This document shows positions 1 through 6,814 of a stretch of DNA of 12,278 nt, in pieces. Location: NCBI GenBank assembly GCA_041498975.1, contig JBGQJI010000069.1, forward strand, positions 1 through 12,278. Reading direction: 5' to 3'. The notes beneath the pieces were generated by a model, which did no database searches, had not been told where the DNA came from, and was given only the letters and a program-made list of their open reading frames with translations. The position numbers and the translations under genes were made by a program. The DNA is from Candidatus Methylomirabilis sp. Lineage in GTDB: Bacteria; Methylomirabilota; Methylomirabilia; Methylomirabilales; Methylomirabilaceae. Within the stretch, counting starts at the first letter, position 1; each line of letters opens with the position of its first letter.

Positions 1-2
1 GA

Positions 3-332
3 TTCTCGGGGTTCGAGGGGACGTCTCCACCTTCATTCGAAGTTCCGATATTCCCGGGGTATCCCCCCAGCGTGGGCTATGACTTCCTCGTGGAGAATTT
101 CACCACCGGCCTCGCCGGGGATGTCCGGCGGGGAGGGACCAGTTCCATCGCCCTGCACCAGGTCGATTACCTCTACTTCAGGACCCCGGAGGGGCCACAC
201 GCGGAATCATCGCAGGGTGCAAAGTCCGTTAGCAGCACGTTCAATGACTGTGTAGTGGAAGCTCTGGCGGACCACAACCTGCCCCCCGATACGTTCTGCT
301 TCATCTGGGTGGGCGGGGCTGCCTGCACATAG
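3..332 (+). CDS. 5'-truncated hypothetical protein, paralog of the protein at 486..1256
   Basis: Frame is open from position 3 (FSGFEGTSPPSFEVPIFPGYPPSVGYDFLVENFTTGLAGDV...) to TAG at 330-332. A 33-aa block aligns without gaps to the next ORF with 15 identities. Confidence 0.8.
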   Translation, partial: FSGFEGTSPPSFEVPIFPGYPPSVGYDFLVENFTTGLAGDVRRGGTSSIALHQVDYLYFRTPEGPHAESSQGAKSVSSTFNDCVVEALADHNLPPDTFCFIWVGGAACT

Positions 333-396
333 TTAAGATAAGCGCTCGCTGCCCGCATGCGGGGCGGCGGATGCGGCGTGATTCGATGGTTTTCTC

Positions 397-425
397 TTGA
401 CACGTTCGAGCGAACGTAGTACACG
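397..425 (+). promoter_or_regulatory. Possible sigma70-type promoter with palindromic operator
   Basis: TTGACA at 397-402; weak -10 (TACACG 420-425) at 17 bp; perfect inverted repeat ACGTTCG-AG-CGAACGT at 402-417. Confidence 0.4.
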
Positions 426-485
426 TAGCAAGATAAGGGCTTATGTCCAATCGCTCCGGTCACACGACAGACTAGTGAGGAGGGG

Positions 486-1256
486 ATGATCATGAAGCGG
501 AGGGGCGTCCTGCTGATGCTGGTTGCGGCTTTGGTCCTCTGGAGCTTCGGCGGCACTCGCGAGGCGAAGGGGCAGACGGTCGATGGTTTCACGAGTCATG
601 GTGATCATGTGTGGAAGGCCCATCCACTCGGCGTGAGCCCATTCCTCCTGAGCTCGTGGGTCGGGGCGCAGGGTTCAAACCAGAACAAGAACAAGACAAC
701 GATCACGCTCCAGAACCCCACGCCTGAGTTCCAGACCGCCTTGATCTTCTACTACGACACCGAGGAGAACTTCCTGCAGTGTGAGGTCAAGCGTCTGAGC
801 CCGCACGACGTCGAGTTCTTCAACTCGCCCAAGACCGATTTTTTCGGGAGTTCGATGGCGTTTCCGAAATCGGGCCCGATCGAGGTGGTCACGACTGGTG
901 GGGCGAATCAAGAGCTTGGCTTCTACTATATTCCGGAATACCCGATTACTTCAGGGTCATGGGCCCGCGACTATTTCGCGGTTGAGAATGCCACGGTCGG
1001 GTTGGTAGGCGAGGTGACCCAGGGCAACAGGCCGCCGCTCGCCTTCTATCTGGTCGATTTCGCCTACTTCAACTTCCCTGCCGCCGAGGACCCTGCCAAG
1101 GCGTGCGCGTGCGTAGCGCTCTGCAAGCTGGCGAAAAATAACACCTATGTCAGTGAATCCGATTTCGATTTCCTGAACCATCAGTTGGCCGACACCGGCG
1201 GGAATGCCATTAGTTCGTATTGCGAGCCACATCCCTCCTGTAAATTCATCGATTAG
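486..1256 (+). CDS. Secreted hypothetical protein with Cys-rich C-terminus
   Basis: RBS GAGGAGGGG at 477-485 (ATG 492 is an alternative start with better spacing). Sec signal peptide: KRR, hydrophobic core, EAKG cleavage-like site. Beta-rich mature region; C-terminal CACVALC...YCEPHPSC. Confidence 0.85.
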   Translation: MIMKRRGVLLMLVAALVLWSFGGTREAKGQTVDGFTSHGDHVWKAHPLGVSPFLLSSWVGAQGSNQNKNKTTITLQNPTPEFQTALIFYYDTEENFLQCEVKRLSPHDVEFFNSPKTDFFGSSMAFPKSGPIEVVTTGGANQELGFYYIPEYPITSGSWARDYFAVENATVGLVGEVTQGNRPPLAFYLVDFAYFNFPAAEDPAKACACVALCKLAKNNTYVSESDFDFLNHQLADTGGNAISSYCEPHPSCKFID

Positions 1257-1325
1257 CCATAGACGCCCGGTCCCCAGCGCTTCGGAGCGGGAGGCAGCAG
1301 GGCGAAGGCTTTGATCTCGAACGTG

Positions 1326-1360
1326 AATCCCCTGGCGGCGTCCGCCAGGGGATTTTCTTT
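1326..1360 (+). terminator. Rho-independent terminator
   Basis: 13-bp perfect stem AATCCCCTGGCGG/CCGCCAGGGGATT with a CGT loop, followed by TTCTTT. Confidence 0.85.
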
Positions 1361-1442
1361 GCCCTGTCCCCCTGATTTCCGCCTCCTCCCCTGAGGGGAG
1401 CAAGGGATGAGGGAAGAGCGGTGAGGAAAGGATCTGAGGCCC

Positions 1443-3251
1443 ATGGGCACCGCGTGGCAGCGCATCGTACGACCTGAATGGCTCAGGAGCGATCGGATCG
1501 CCCTGGTTGCCATCGCGCTGGTGGCCCTGGCGCTGCGCCTGGCGTACCTGCGGGAGATCCGCTCGTTCCCCGATTTCGAGACGCCGAACCCTGTCCTCGA
1601 CGCCTTCCTGAAAGACCGGATCGCCCGGAACATCCTCGCCGGCGACTGGCTTGGCGGGCCCGAGGCCCGCTACGCAAGCAGCCACCTCTACGCCTACTTT
1701 CTCGCCTTCTGGTACGCGCTCGTCGGTCCAAGCTGGCTTGTTTCGCGTGTGGTGCAACTGACGCTGGGGGCGCTGGCGACCCCCTTCCTCCTCTACCTGA
1801 TCGGCAGGCGGGCCTTTTCCGGACCCGTCGGCCTTCTCGCGGCCCTTATGGGGGCGATCTACGGCCCGTTCATCTTCGGCGAAGGACTGGTCCTTTCCTC
1901 CGGCGTCGCAGCGATTCCGGCCTGCCTGGTCCTGCTCGGGCTCCTGGTCGCCCAGCAGCGAGGGCTGGATAGGGACTGGTTGCTCGCAGGCGCCGCCATC
2001 GGCCTGCTGACCCTTCTGCGGCTGAACGGCGCGGTCCTGCTGGCCGCCGCCTTCGGCTGGGCGCTCCTGGTCGGATTGCCCGGCGGACCGTGGCCGAGAA
2101 TTCGGCGCGCGCTGTTCCTGCTGCTCGGCGCGATCCTGGTGTTCACGCCGATGGTGATTCGGGGGATCGCGGCTGACCCGGGCTCCGTCTCGGTCGCATC
2201 GCTGGCGGGGATCCACTTTTTCGTCGGGAATCACCCGGGAGCGGATGGGGGCTACAGCCGTGTTCCCGGAGTCGAGGCGTCTCCGCGCGGCCACGTGGAA
2301 GATGCGACACGCCTGGCCGAGCAGGCGCTGGGTCGCCGGCTCAGCCCTCCACAGGTGTCGGCCTACTGGCTTCGCCAGGGGTTCCAGTTCATCCGGGAGC
2401 GGCCTCGGGAGTATCTGCGGCTGCTCGGACGGAAGCTTCTCCTTGCAGTGCACGCCGTTGAGATGCCTCAAAACGAGAACAGCTACTACCAGTACAGGCG
2501 CGAGGCTGCCGTGCTCCGCCTGCCCCTCCTGACCTTCACCGTCGTCGGCCCGCTGGGCCTGCTCGGGTTTCTGCTTTCCCTGAAGCGGTGGCGGGAGATC
2601 GGCCTCCTGCATCTGGCTTTCCTGGCCTATCTCGGCTCTCTTCTCCTGTTCTTCGTGACCGGGGTCTATCGCGTTCCGCTTGTCCCACCCCTCCTGGTCT
2701 TCTCGGCCTTCACCGTCTGGTGGGGATACCAACGCGCAATCGAGGAATCCCACCTCCCGCTCGTGGCGGCGACCGCGGCCCTGGCCGTCCTGGTCCTTCT
2801 GACACAGACGAAGATGTCGCGCTTAGAGTCCCAAACGCCGACGAGGGAAGAGCTGGCCAGGAGGGACGAATCGGTCCGACGATGGCGGGACGCTCGGCTT
2901 ACGCAGCTCGAGAAGCACGCGGTGGTTGCCCCGGAGGACTACCTGGTCCACCAGCGCCTGGCCGGCCTCTACAGCAATAAGGGGAAGTGGGAGGAGGCGG
3001 TGCAGGAGTACGAGCGGGCCGCTACGATGACGCCGCCGAAGGAGGCGCTGCTTGACATCAGGATTCGGTTGGCGATGGGTCTGACCGAACTGAAGCGGTA
3101 TCAGGAGGCGAAGCGGCGCTGGCAGGAGGTGCAGGCGATGGAGCCTCCTCCGGAGATCCAAGAGCTGGCCAGGCGGCGCCTGATCCGGCTCGAGCGGGCG
3201 CTGCGGTCCCAGCAGCCGTCGGCGGCTCGAGAGAAAGGAGCGCGAGAATGA
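1443..3251 (+). CDS. GT-C fold membrane glycosyltransferase (family 39/ArnT/PMT_2-like) with C-terminal TPR-like repeats
   Basis: Many TM segments; N-terminal ALALRLAY followed by loop Asp (PVLDA); LYAYFLA; GNHPGADG; EMPQN; YRVP. C-terminal TPR-like helices (HQRLAGLYSNKGKWEEAVQEYERA; RLAMGLTELKRYQEAKRRWQEV). Confidence 0.85.
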   Translation: MGTAWQRIVRPEWLRSDRIALVAIALVALALRLAYLREIRSFPDFETPNPVLDAFLKDRIARNILAGDWLGGPEARYASSHLYAYFLAFWYALVGPSWLVSRVVQLTLGALATPFLLYLIGRRAFSGPVGLLAALMGAIYGPFIFGEGLVLSSGVAAIPACLVLLGLLVAQQRGLDRDWLLAGAAIGLLTLLRLNGAVLLAAAFGWALLVGLPGGPWPRIRRALFLLLGAILVFTPMVIRGIAADPGSVSVASLAGIHFFVGNHPGADGGYSRVPGVEASPRGHVEDATRLAEQALGRRLSPPQVSAYWLRQGFQFIRERPREYLRLLGRKLLLAVHAVEMPQNENSYYQYRREAAVLRLPLLTFTVVGPLGLLGFLLSLKRWREIGLLHLAFLAYLGSLLLFFVTGVYRVPLVPPLLVFSAFTVWWGYQRAIEESHLPLVAATAALAVLVLLTQTKMSRLESQTPTREELARRDESVRRWRDARLTQLEKHAVVAPEDYLVHQRLAGLYSNKGKWEEAVQEYERAATMTPPKEALLDIRIRLAMGLTELKRYQEAKRRWQEVQAMEPPPEIQELARRRLIRLERALRSQQPSAAREKGARE

Positions 3252-3742
3252 GAGTGCGACGCGGACTGATCGGCGCCTGGCTCATTGCAGCCCTGTCAGT
3301 GGGCCCCCTTCCAAGCCTTGCGGCGGAAGAGCCGGGCTTGGGGGTCGAGGAGGTGCTGCTCGCCCTGCGACAGGAGCTGAATAAGATCAGAGCGGCATCT
3401 AAGACTTCAGGGATCCTGAGTTCTTTGAGGCTGAAAGGGGTCTCCCTGAAGCTCCAATTCGTCATGGTCCGGGAGACCCAACCCGATGGCAAGTCGCGCC
3501 TGAGGATCGTCCCGGTCGAAGTCGGCCATGACTACCAGGCTGAGGCGGTTCATACGCTGACCCTCGAGATCGAGCCGGCCACCGGCGCCCCCGTCATGTC
3601 CCGGCGTCCGGGACCGGCCCAGTCTCCCCGAAAGCGCCCTTCGGAGCCGCGGCCGGCGCCGCAGGGGCAGCAGCCATTAGAGCCGCAACAGCAGCCCCAG
3701 CCGGAGCCCCAACAGCCAGGGCCGCAGGAGTCGGAAGACTAG
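3248..3742 (+). CDS. Exported Trypco2-like domain protein with Pro/Gln-rich tail
   Basis: RBS AAGGAG at 3235-3240 and ATGA overlap with the upstream stop. Signal peptide ends around SLAA. Core GVEEVLLALRQEL...LRLKGVSLKLQFVMVRE...HTLTLEIEP resembles trypsin-co-occurring domain 2. The CDS is more certain than the domain call. Confidence 0.65.
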   Translation: MRVRRGLIGAWLIAALSVGPLPSLAAEEPGLGVEEVLLALRQELNKIRAASKTSGILSSLRLKGVSLKLQFVMVRETQPDGKSRLRIVPVEVGHDYQAEAVHTLTLEIEPATGAPVMSRRPGPAQSPRKRPSEPRPAPQGQQPLEPQQQPQPEPQQPGPQESED

Positions 3743-3782
3743 GCGGAGCCCCGGCGGTACACTCCGTCACACCACCGCGCCG

Positions 3783-3799
3783 TGTCATTGCGAGCGACC
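3783..3799. repeat. Isolated arm of GTCATTGCGAG palindromic repeat family
   Basis: TGTCATTGCGAGCGACC is the exact reverse complement of 11808-11824 and shares GTCATTGCGAGCGAC with 10282-10296. Confidence 0.75.
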
Positions 3800-3809
3800 G
3801 AGCTTTGCA

Positions 3810-3887
3810 GTTCCAGGTTCGGCTGCGCCGTTCTGGGTTCCAGGTTCCGCGTTCCAGGATTTTACCTGGAACCTGGCACTCGGAACC
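3810..3887. repeat. Heptamer tandem repeats arranged as an inverted pair between convergent genes
   Basis: GTTCTGG-GTTCCAG-GTTCCGC-GTTCCAG (3830-3857), spacer, CTGGAAC-CTGGCAC-TCGGAAC (3866-3886); further units at 3810-3823. Confidence 0.75.
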
Positions 3888-3900
3888 TTCTCGGGAGGGC

Positions 3901-4455
3901 TCACTTCGAGGCTTGATCGAACCGCTTGACGATCTCCGCGGTCAGATCGAGGTTCTTGTCGTAATACAGGAGGCCGGGGCGTCGGGCCTCCAAAATCAAT
4001 AAATACCCTTTCTCGGCCGCATAGGCATTGAGGACGGGCTCGATCTTGCGGGCGAGGTCAATGACGCTGTCGGTCTCGGCCTTCGTCAGCTCCTCCGTCT
4101 TATCCTGCATCAGGCGTTTCAGGGCCACCTCTTCCCGCTCCAGCGCCTCGGCGCGGTGCTGCCGCTCGGCAGGAGTAAGCCGCGCCGAAGCAGCCTCAAG
4201 CTGTTTCTGGTGGCCGATCAGCTTGTCCTCCTCGGCTTTCACCTCCTTCTTCACCCGGTCCGCCATCTCCTGCAATCGCGCCTTCGCCGCCTTGCCGGCT
4301 TTGGATTGAAGGGCCACATCCTGGAAGTTCACCACCCCGATCTTCGGGGGCTTCTGGCCGTATGTTGCCGGCGCAACGAGGAGGGCAATGCCAACGCTCA
4401 CACAGACGACGAACCAGCGCGCCAGGAGACTCACGGGGGCCGATCCGGTTCTCAT
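3901..4455 (-). CDS. skp: OmpH/Skp family periplasmic outer-membrane-protein chaperone
   Basis: Signal peptide, KIGVVNFQDV start of the mature domain, long coiled coil, YAAEKGYLLILE and LDLTAEIVKRFD end, all typical of OmpH. Confidence 0.9.
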   Translation of the reverse strand: MRTGSAPVSLLARWFVVCVSVGIALLVAPATYGQKPPKIGVVNFQDVALQSKAGKAAKARLQEMADRVKKEVKAEEDKLIGHQKQLEAASARLTPAERQHRAEALEREEVALKRLMQDKTEELTKAETDSVIDLARKIEPVLNAYAAEKGYLLILEARRPGLLYYDKNLDLTAEIVKRFDQASK

Positions 4456-4982
4456 CGCTGCGTCCCCCGCCGCAACTCTTCCAGGCGCTGCTTCAGGCCA
4501 TCCGTCACCTGCTTCGTTTTGGCTTGTAGCGCAGGAGATCCATCCATGGCGATGGCCGCCGTCAGCTCCTCCCAGTAGGATGTGTAGAGGTTCGAAAGAT
4601 CGGTCAGCCGCCCCACCAGTCTCTCTCCGATCGGATCGGGATCGCCGCGCTCCTGGTACGTGACGCCTGATGGATCGAGGAGGAAGTACTCCACCCAGTG
4701 TAGCGCCCCCTTATACCAGTGCAATCGGAGGAGCTGGGCCTGGCAGCGCCGGTTCACCGGGTCCAGCCGCAGGAGATCGGTGGAGTCGAAGTCCGCCGGT
4801 TCGCGTTGCAGCTCCTGGGCGCGGGTGATGTCGTAGGCTTCGCGCCACCCCATGCCGACCTCGAGCCGGCCGTACATGGTGTCGTAGGAAAGCGGCGCGC
4901 GATATTCGGTGCCCCATGCGACGCCGACGCGGGCCAGCGATAAGAGCGTGACGAGGGCCATGCGTACGGCGCACCATTTCAT
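4452..4982 (-). CDS. Exported hypothetical protein
   Basis: ATG 4982 has GGAG 7 nt upstream; signal-peptide-like N-terminus (AWG); C-terminal helical segment; ATGA overlap with the skp start. Confidence 0.75.
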   Translation of the reverse strand: MKWCAVRMALVTLLSLARVGVAWGTEYRAPLSYDTMYGRLEVGMGWREAYDITRAQELQREPADFDSTDLLRLDPVNRRCQAQLLRLHWYKGALHWVEYFLLDPSGVTYQERGDPDPIGERLVGRLTDLSNLYTSYWEELTAAIAMDGSPALQAKTKQVTDGLKQRLEELRRGTQR

Positions 4983-5105
4983 CGTGGCGCTCCGGTCGAA
5001 CACAGGCGGCCTGCGGGTCCGTCATGCGGCGACAGCCGTCCAGTGGACAAGCAGCATGGGAAGGCCGGAAGAGAGAAGGGTGCCGCCGCTGTCAACTGCA
5101 TCGGA

Positions 5106-5558
5106 TCAGTACGTCATGGGGCGGCTTGAAGGGGGCGGTGGCGGCGGCGCAGGAGGCGTTGGCCGCTCCACGGCTGCTGCGCGGAGGCGGCGGTCGGTTT
5201 GCTCAAAGATCAGGGACGGCCACCAGACGGACCAGGTCCAGACCCCTGTCACATCCCCCTGCGTCAGGACCTCCAGTTGCGCTCGGTCGGCGCCGAGGTC
5301 CCGGACGGCGACGTAGACGATCTCCCCCAGGCTCTGCTCCCGGTAGGCGGTGGTGAAGTAGGTGAGCCGTGGATTGGAATGGCTGGGAACCAGGTCGGTC
5401 GGGAAGAAGTTGAGGTCCCGAAGCGCCAGGTTCACCGCGACGAGGGTCTCCTTGGCAGGGCGTGGGTAGACTTTGATCGCCCGGTCCTCGCCGGAAAAGC
5501 CGGCGCAGCCGGCGATGGCGAAGAAGATCAGCGGCAACAGGAGGTGTCGGCGGCTCAT
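5106..5558 (-). CDS. Putative lipoprotein with poly-Pro tail
   Basis: MSRRH, hydrophobic stretch and lipobox IAGC; GGAGG upstream; ATGA overlap with the upstream gene. Confidence 0.8.
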   Translation of the reverse strand: MSRRHLLLPLIFFAIAGCAGFSGEDRAIKVYPRPAKETLVAVNLALRDLNFFPTDLVPSHSNPRLTYFTTAYREQSLGEIVYVAVRDLGADRAQLEVLTQGDVTGVWTWSVWWPSLIFEQTDRRLRAAAVERPTPPAPPPPPPSSRPMTY

Positions 5559-5983
5559 CGGGCCTCCTTGAGGACCACGGCGATCTCGCCCTGAATCTGC
5601 TCAGAGGCGGGGCGATCGCCGAAGGCCCCGATGCGAACCCGCACCGATGTCGTGTCTTTCGTGACCGGCAGAACGCTGACCACGACGGACGTCCCGTCCG
5701 ACCTGGTGCCGACCGCCTTGGCACTGACCTGGTCTTTTTGCGTTTCCGAGACCCTGATGTTCAGGGTCCTCAGGGCGCTGAGGCTCGCGTCCCACACCTT
5801 GTCGTACGGGGCGGCGTGCACCTGCTCCAGCTCGCCCTTGGCATAGGCGACCCCGGTCGCGCCTCCGGCCGCGCCCCCGCCGATCAGGATCACCGGGCAC
5901 CCTTGCAGCACACCCGCCTGCAGCAGGAGCAGGATCGATCCCGCCGTCCGGAGCGACCAGGAGCGCTTGATTCTTCGGCTCAT
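5555..5983 (-). CDS. DUF3568-like lipoprotein
   Basis: Lipobox LQGC, Gly/Ala-rich GGGAAGGATGVAYAKG, PYDKVWDASLSALRTL, and VRVRIGAFGDRPASEQI, which is characteristic of DUF3568. Start 5983 gives an ATGA overlap. Confidence 0.85.
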   Translation of the reverse strand: MSRRIKRSWSLRTAGSILLLLQAGVLQGCPVILIGGGAAGGATGVAYAKGELEQVHAAPYDKVWDASLSALRTLNIRVSETQKDQVSAKAVGTRSDGTSVVVSVLPVTKDTTSVRVRIGAFGDRPASEQIQGEIAVVLKEAR

Positions 5984-6093
5984 CGTTCGTCTGCTTCGCC
6001 GCGCCTGGCCAGCCACCAGGCCAGCAGGATCGTCAGTCCCATCAGGATAGGCGTGATGCCGTATGAGAGGGCAATGATCACGATCTGCCGCAT
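5980..6093 (-). CDS. 37-aa single-pass membrane peptide
   Basis: MRQIVIIALSYGITPILMGLTILLAWWLARRGEADER; GAGG upstream; fills the gap after the beta-subunit gene and its stop overlaps the next ATG. Confidence 0.65.
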   Translation of the reverse strand: MRQIVIIALSYGITPILMGLTILLAWWLARRGEADER

Positions 6094-6112
6094 GATTCGC
6101 CTCGCCTCGCGC

Positions 6113-6814
6113 TCACGAAAGGTCCGCGCCGCCGGCCAGGAACACCTTGGCATCGACGACGACGCACCCGTGCTCATAGAGGATGACGGGATTCAGGTCC
6201 AGCGCGTCGATATCCGGTCGCGATTCGGCCAGAGCGGAGAGAAGGAGGAGGGATCGAACCAGGGCGTCGAGGTCTCGCGCTGGCCTGCCCCTGGCGCCCA
6301 TCAGCACGGGGAACCCTTTGATCTCGCGGATCATCTCCATGGCATCTTGTTCGGAGATCGGAGCAAGCCGGAAAGCCATGTCGCGGTAAACCTCCACGAA
6401 GATCCCGCCCAGGCCGAACATCAGCGCCGGGCCGAACTGCGGGTCGCGCGTCAGCCCAAGGATCACCTCGACCCCTGGCCTCGCCATCCGGCAAACGAGG
6501 ACGCCGTCGATCTTGGCGCCCTGGCGATGGCGCGCGGCTCCCTCCATGACGCGACGATAGGCTGCGCCGACCGCCGCCGCATCGCGGAGGTCGAGCTGCA
6601 CGCCGTCGGCCTCGGTCTTGTGGACGATCTCGCGGCAGACGACCTTCAGCGCGACCGGATAGCCGAGCCGGTCGGCCGTCGCAATCGCCTCTTCCGTCGA
6701 GGCGGCGGTCCGGTGCTCGATCACCGTCAGGCCAGCCTCCTTGACCAGGGCCAAGGCCTCCGGCTCCAGCAGGTGCCGTCCCGCATGCCGGGCAAGGTCG
6801 ATCTCGGAGGTCAT
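6113..6814 (-). CDS. Acetate/acyl-CoA ligase (ADP-forming) beta subunit, ATP-grasp
   Basis: GYPVALKV, IVHKTEADGV, GVEVILG, DPQFGPALMFGLGGIFVE, LDLNPV, VVDAK. Start MTSEID at 6814 overlaps the alpha stop (ATGA). Confidence 0.92.
   Translation of the reverse strand: MTSEIDLARHAGRHLLEPEALALVKEAGLTVIEHRTAASTEEAIATADRLGYPVALKVVCREIVHKTEADGVQLDLRDAAAVGAAYRRVMEGAARHRQGAKIDGVLVCRMARPGVEVILGLTRDPQFGPALMFGLGGIFVEVYRDMAFRLAPISEQDAMEMIREIKGFPVLMGARGRPARDLDALVRSLLLLSALAESRPDIDALDLNPVILYEHGCVVVDAKVFLAGGADLS

Noticed and set aside
346..369. GC hairpin after the first gene as a terminator
   Set aside because: A stem is present (CGCTGCCC/GGGCGGCG) but there is no adjacent U-tract; function unsupported.
957..2753. 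598-aa minus-strand ORF
   Set aside because: Antisense shadow of the glycosyltransferase gene; Q/E/R-rich composition mirrors hydrophobic codons and it crosses a terminator.
3810..3887. CRISPR-like repeat array
   Set aside because: Units are 7-mers without unique spacers, and there are no cas genes.
5067..5095. TTGACA on the minus strand upstream of the exported protein/skp pair
   Set aside because: No acceptable -10 at 16-18 bp (TCTTCC), so it is not called as a promoter.
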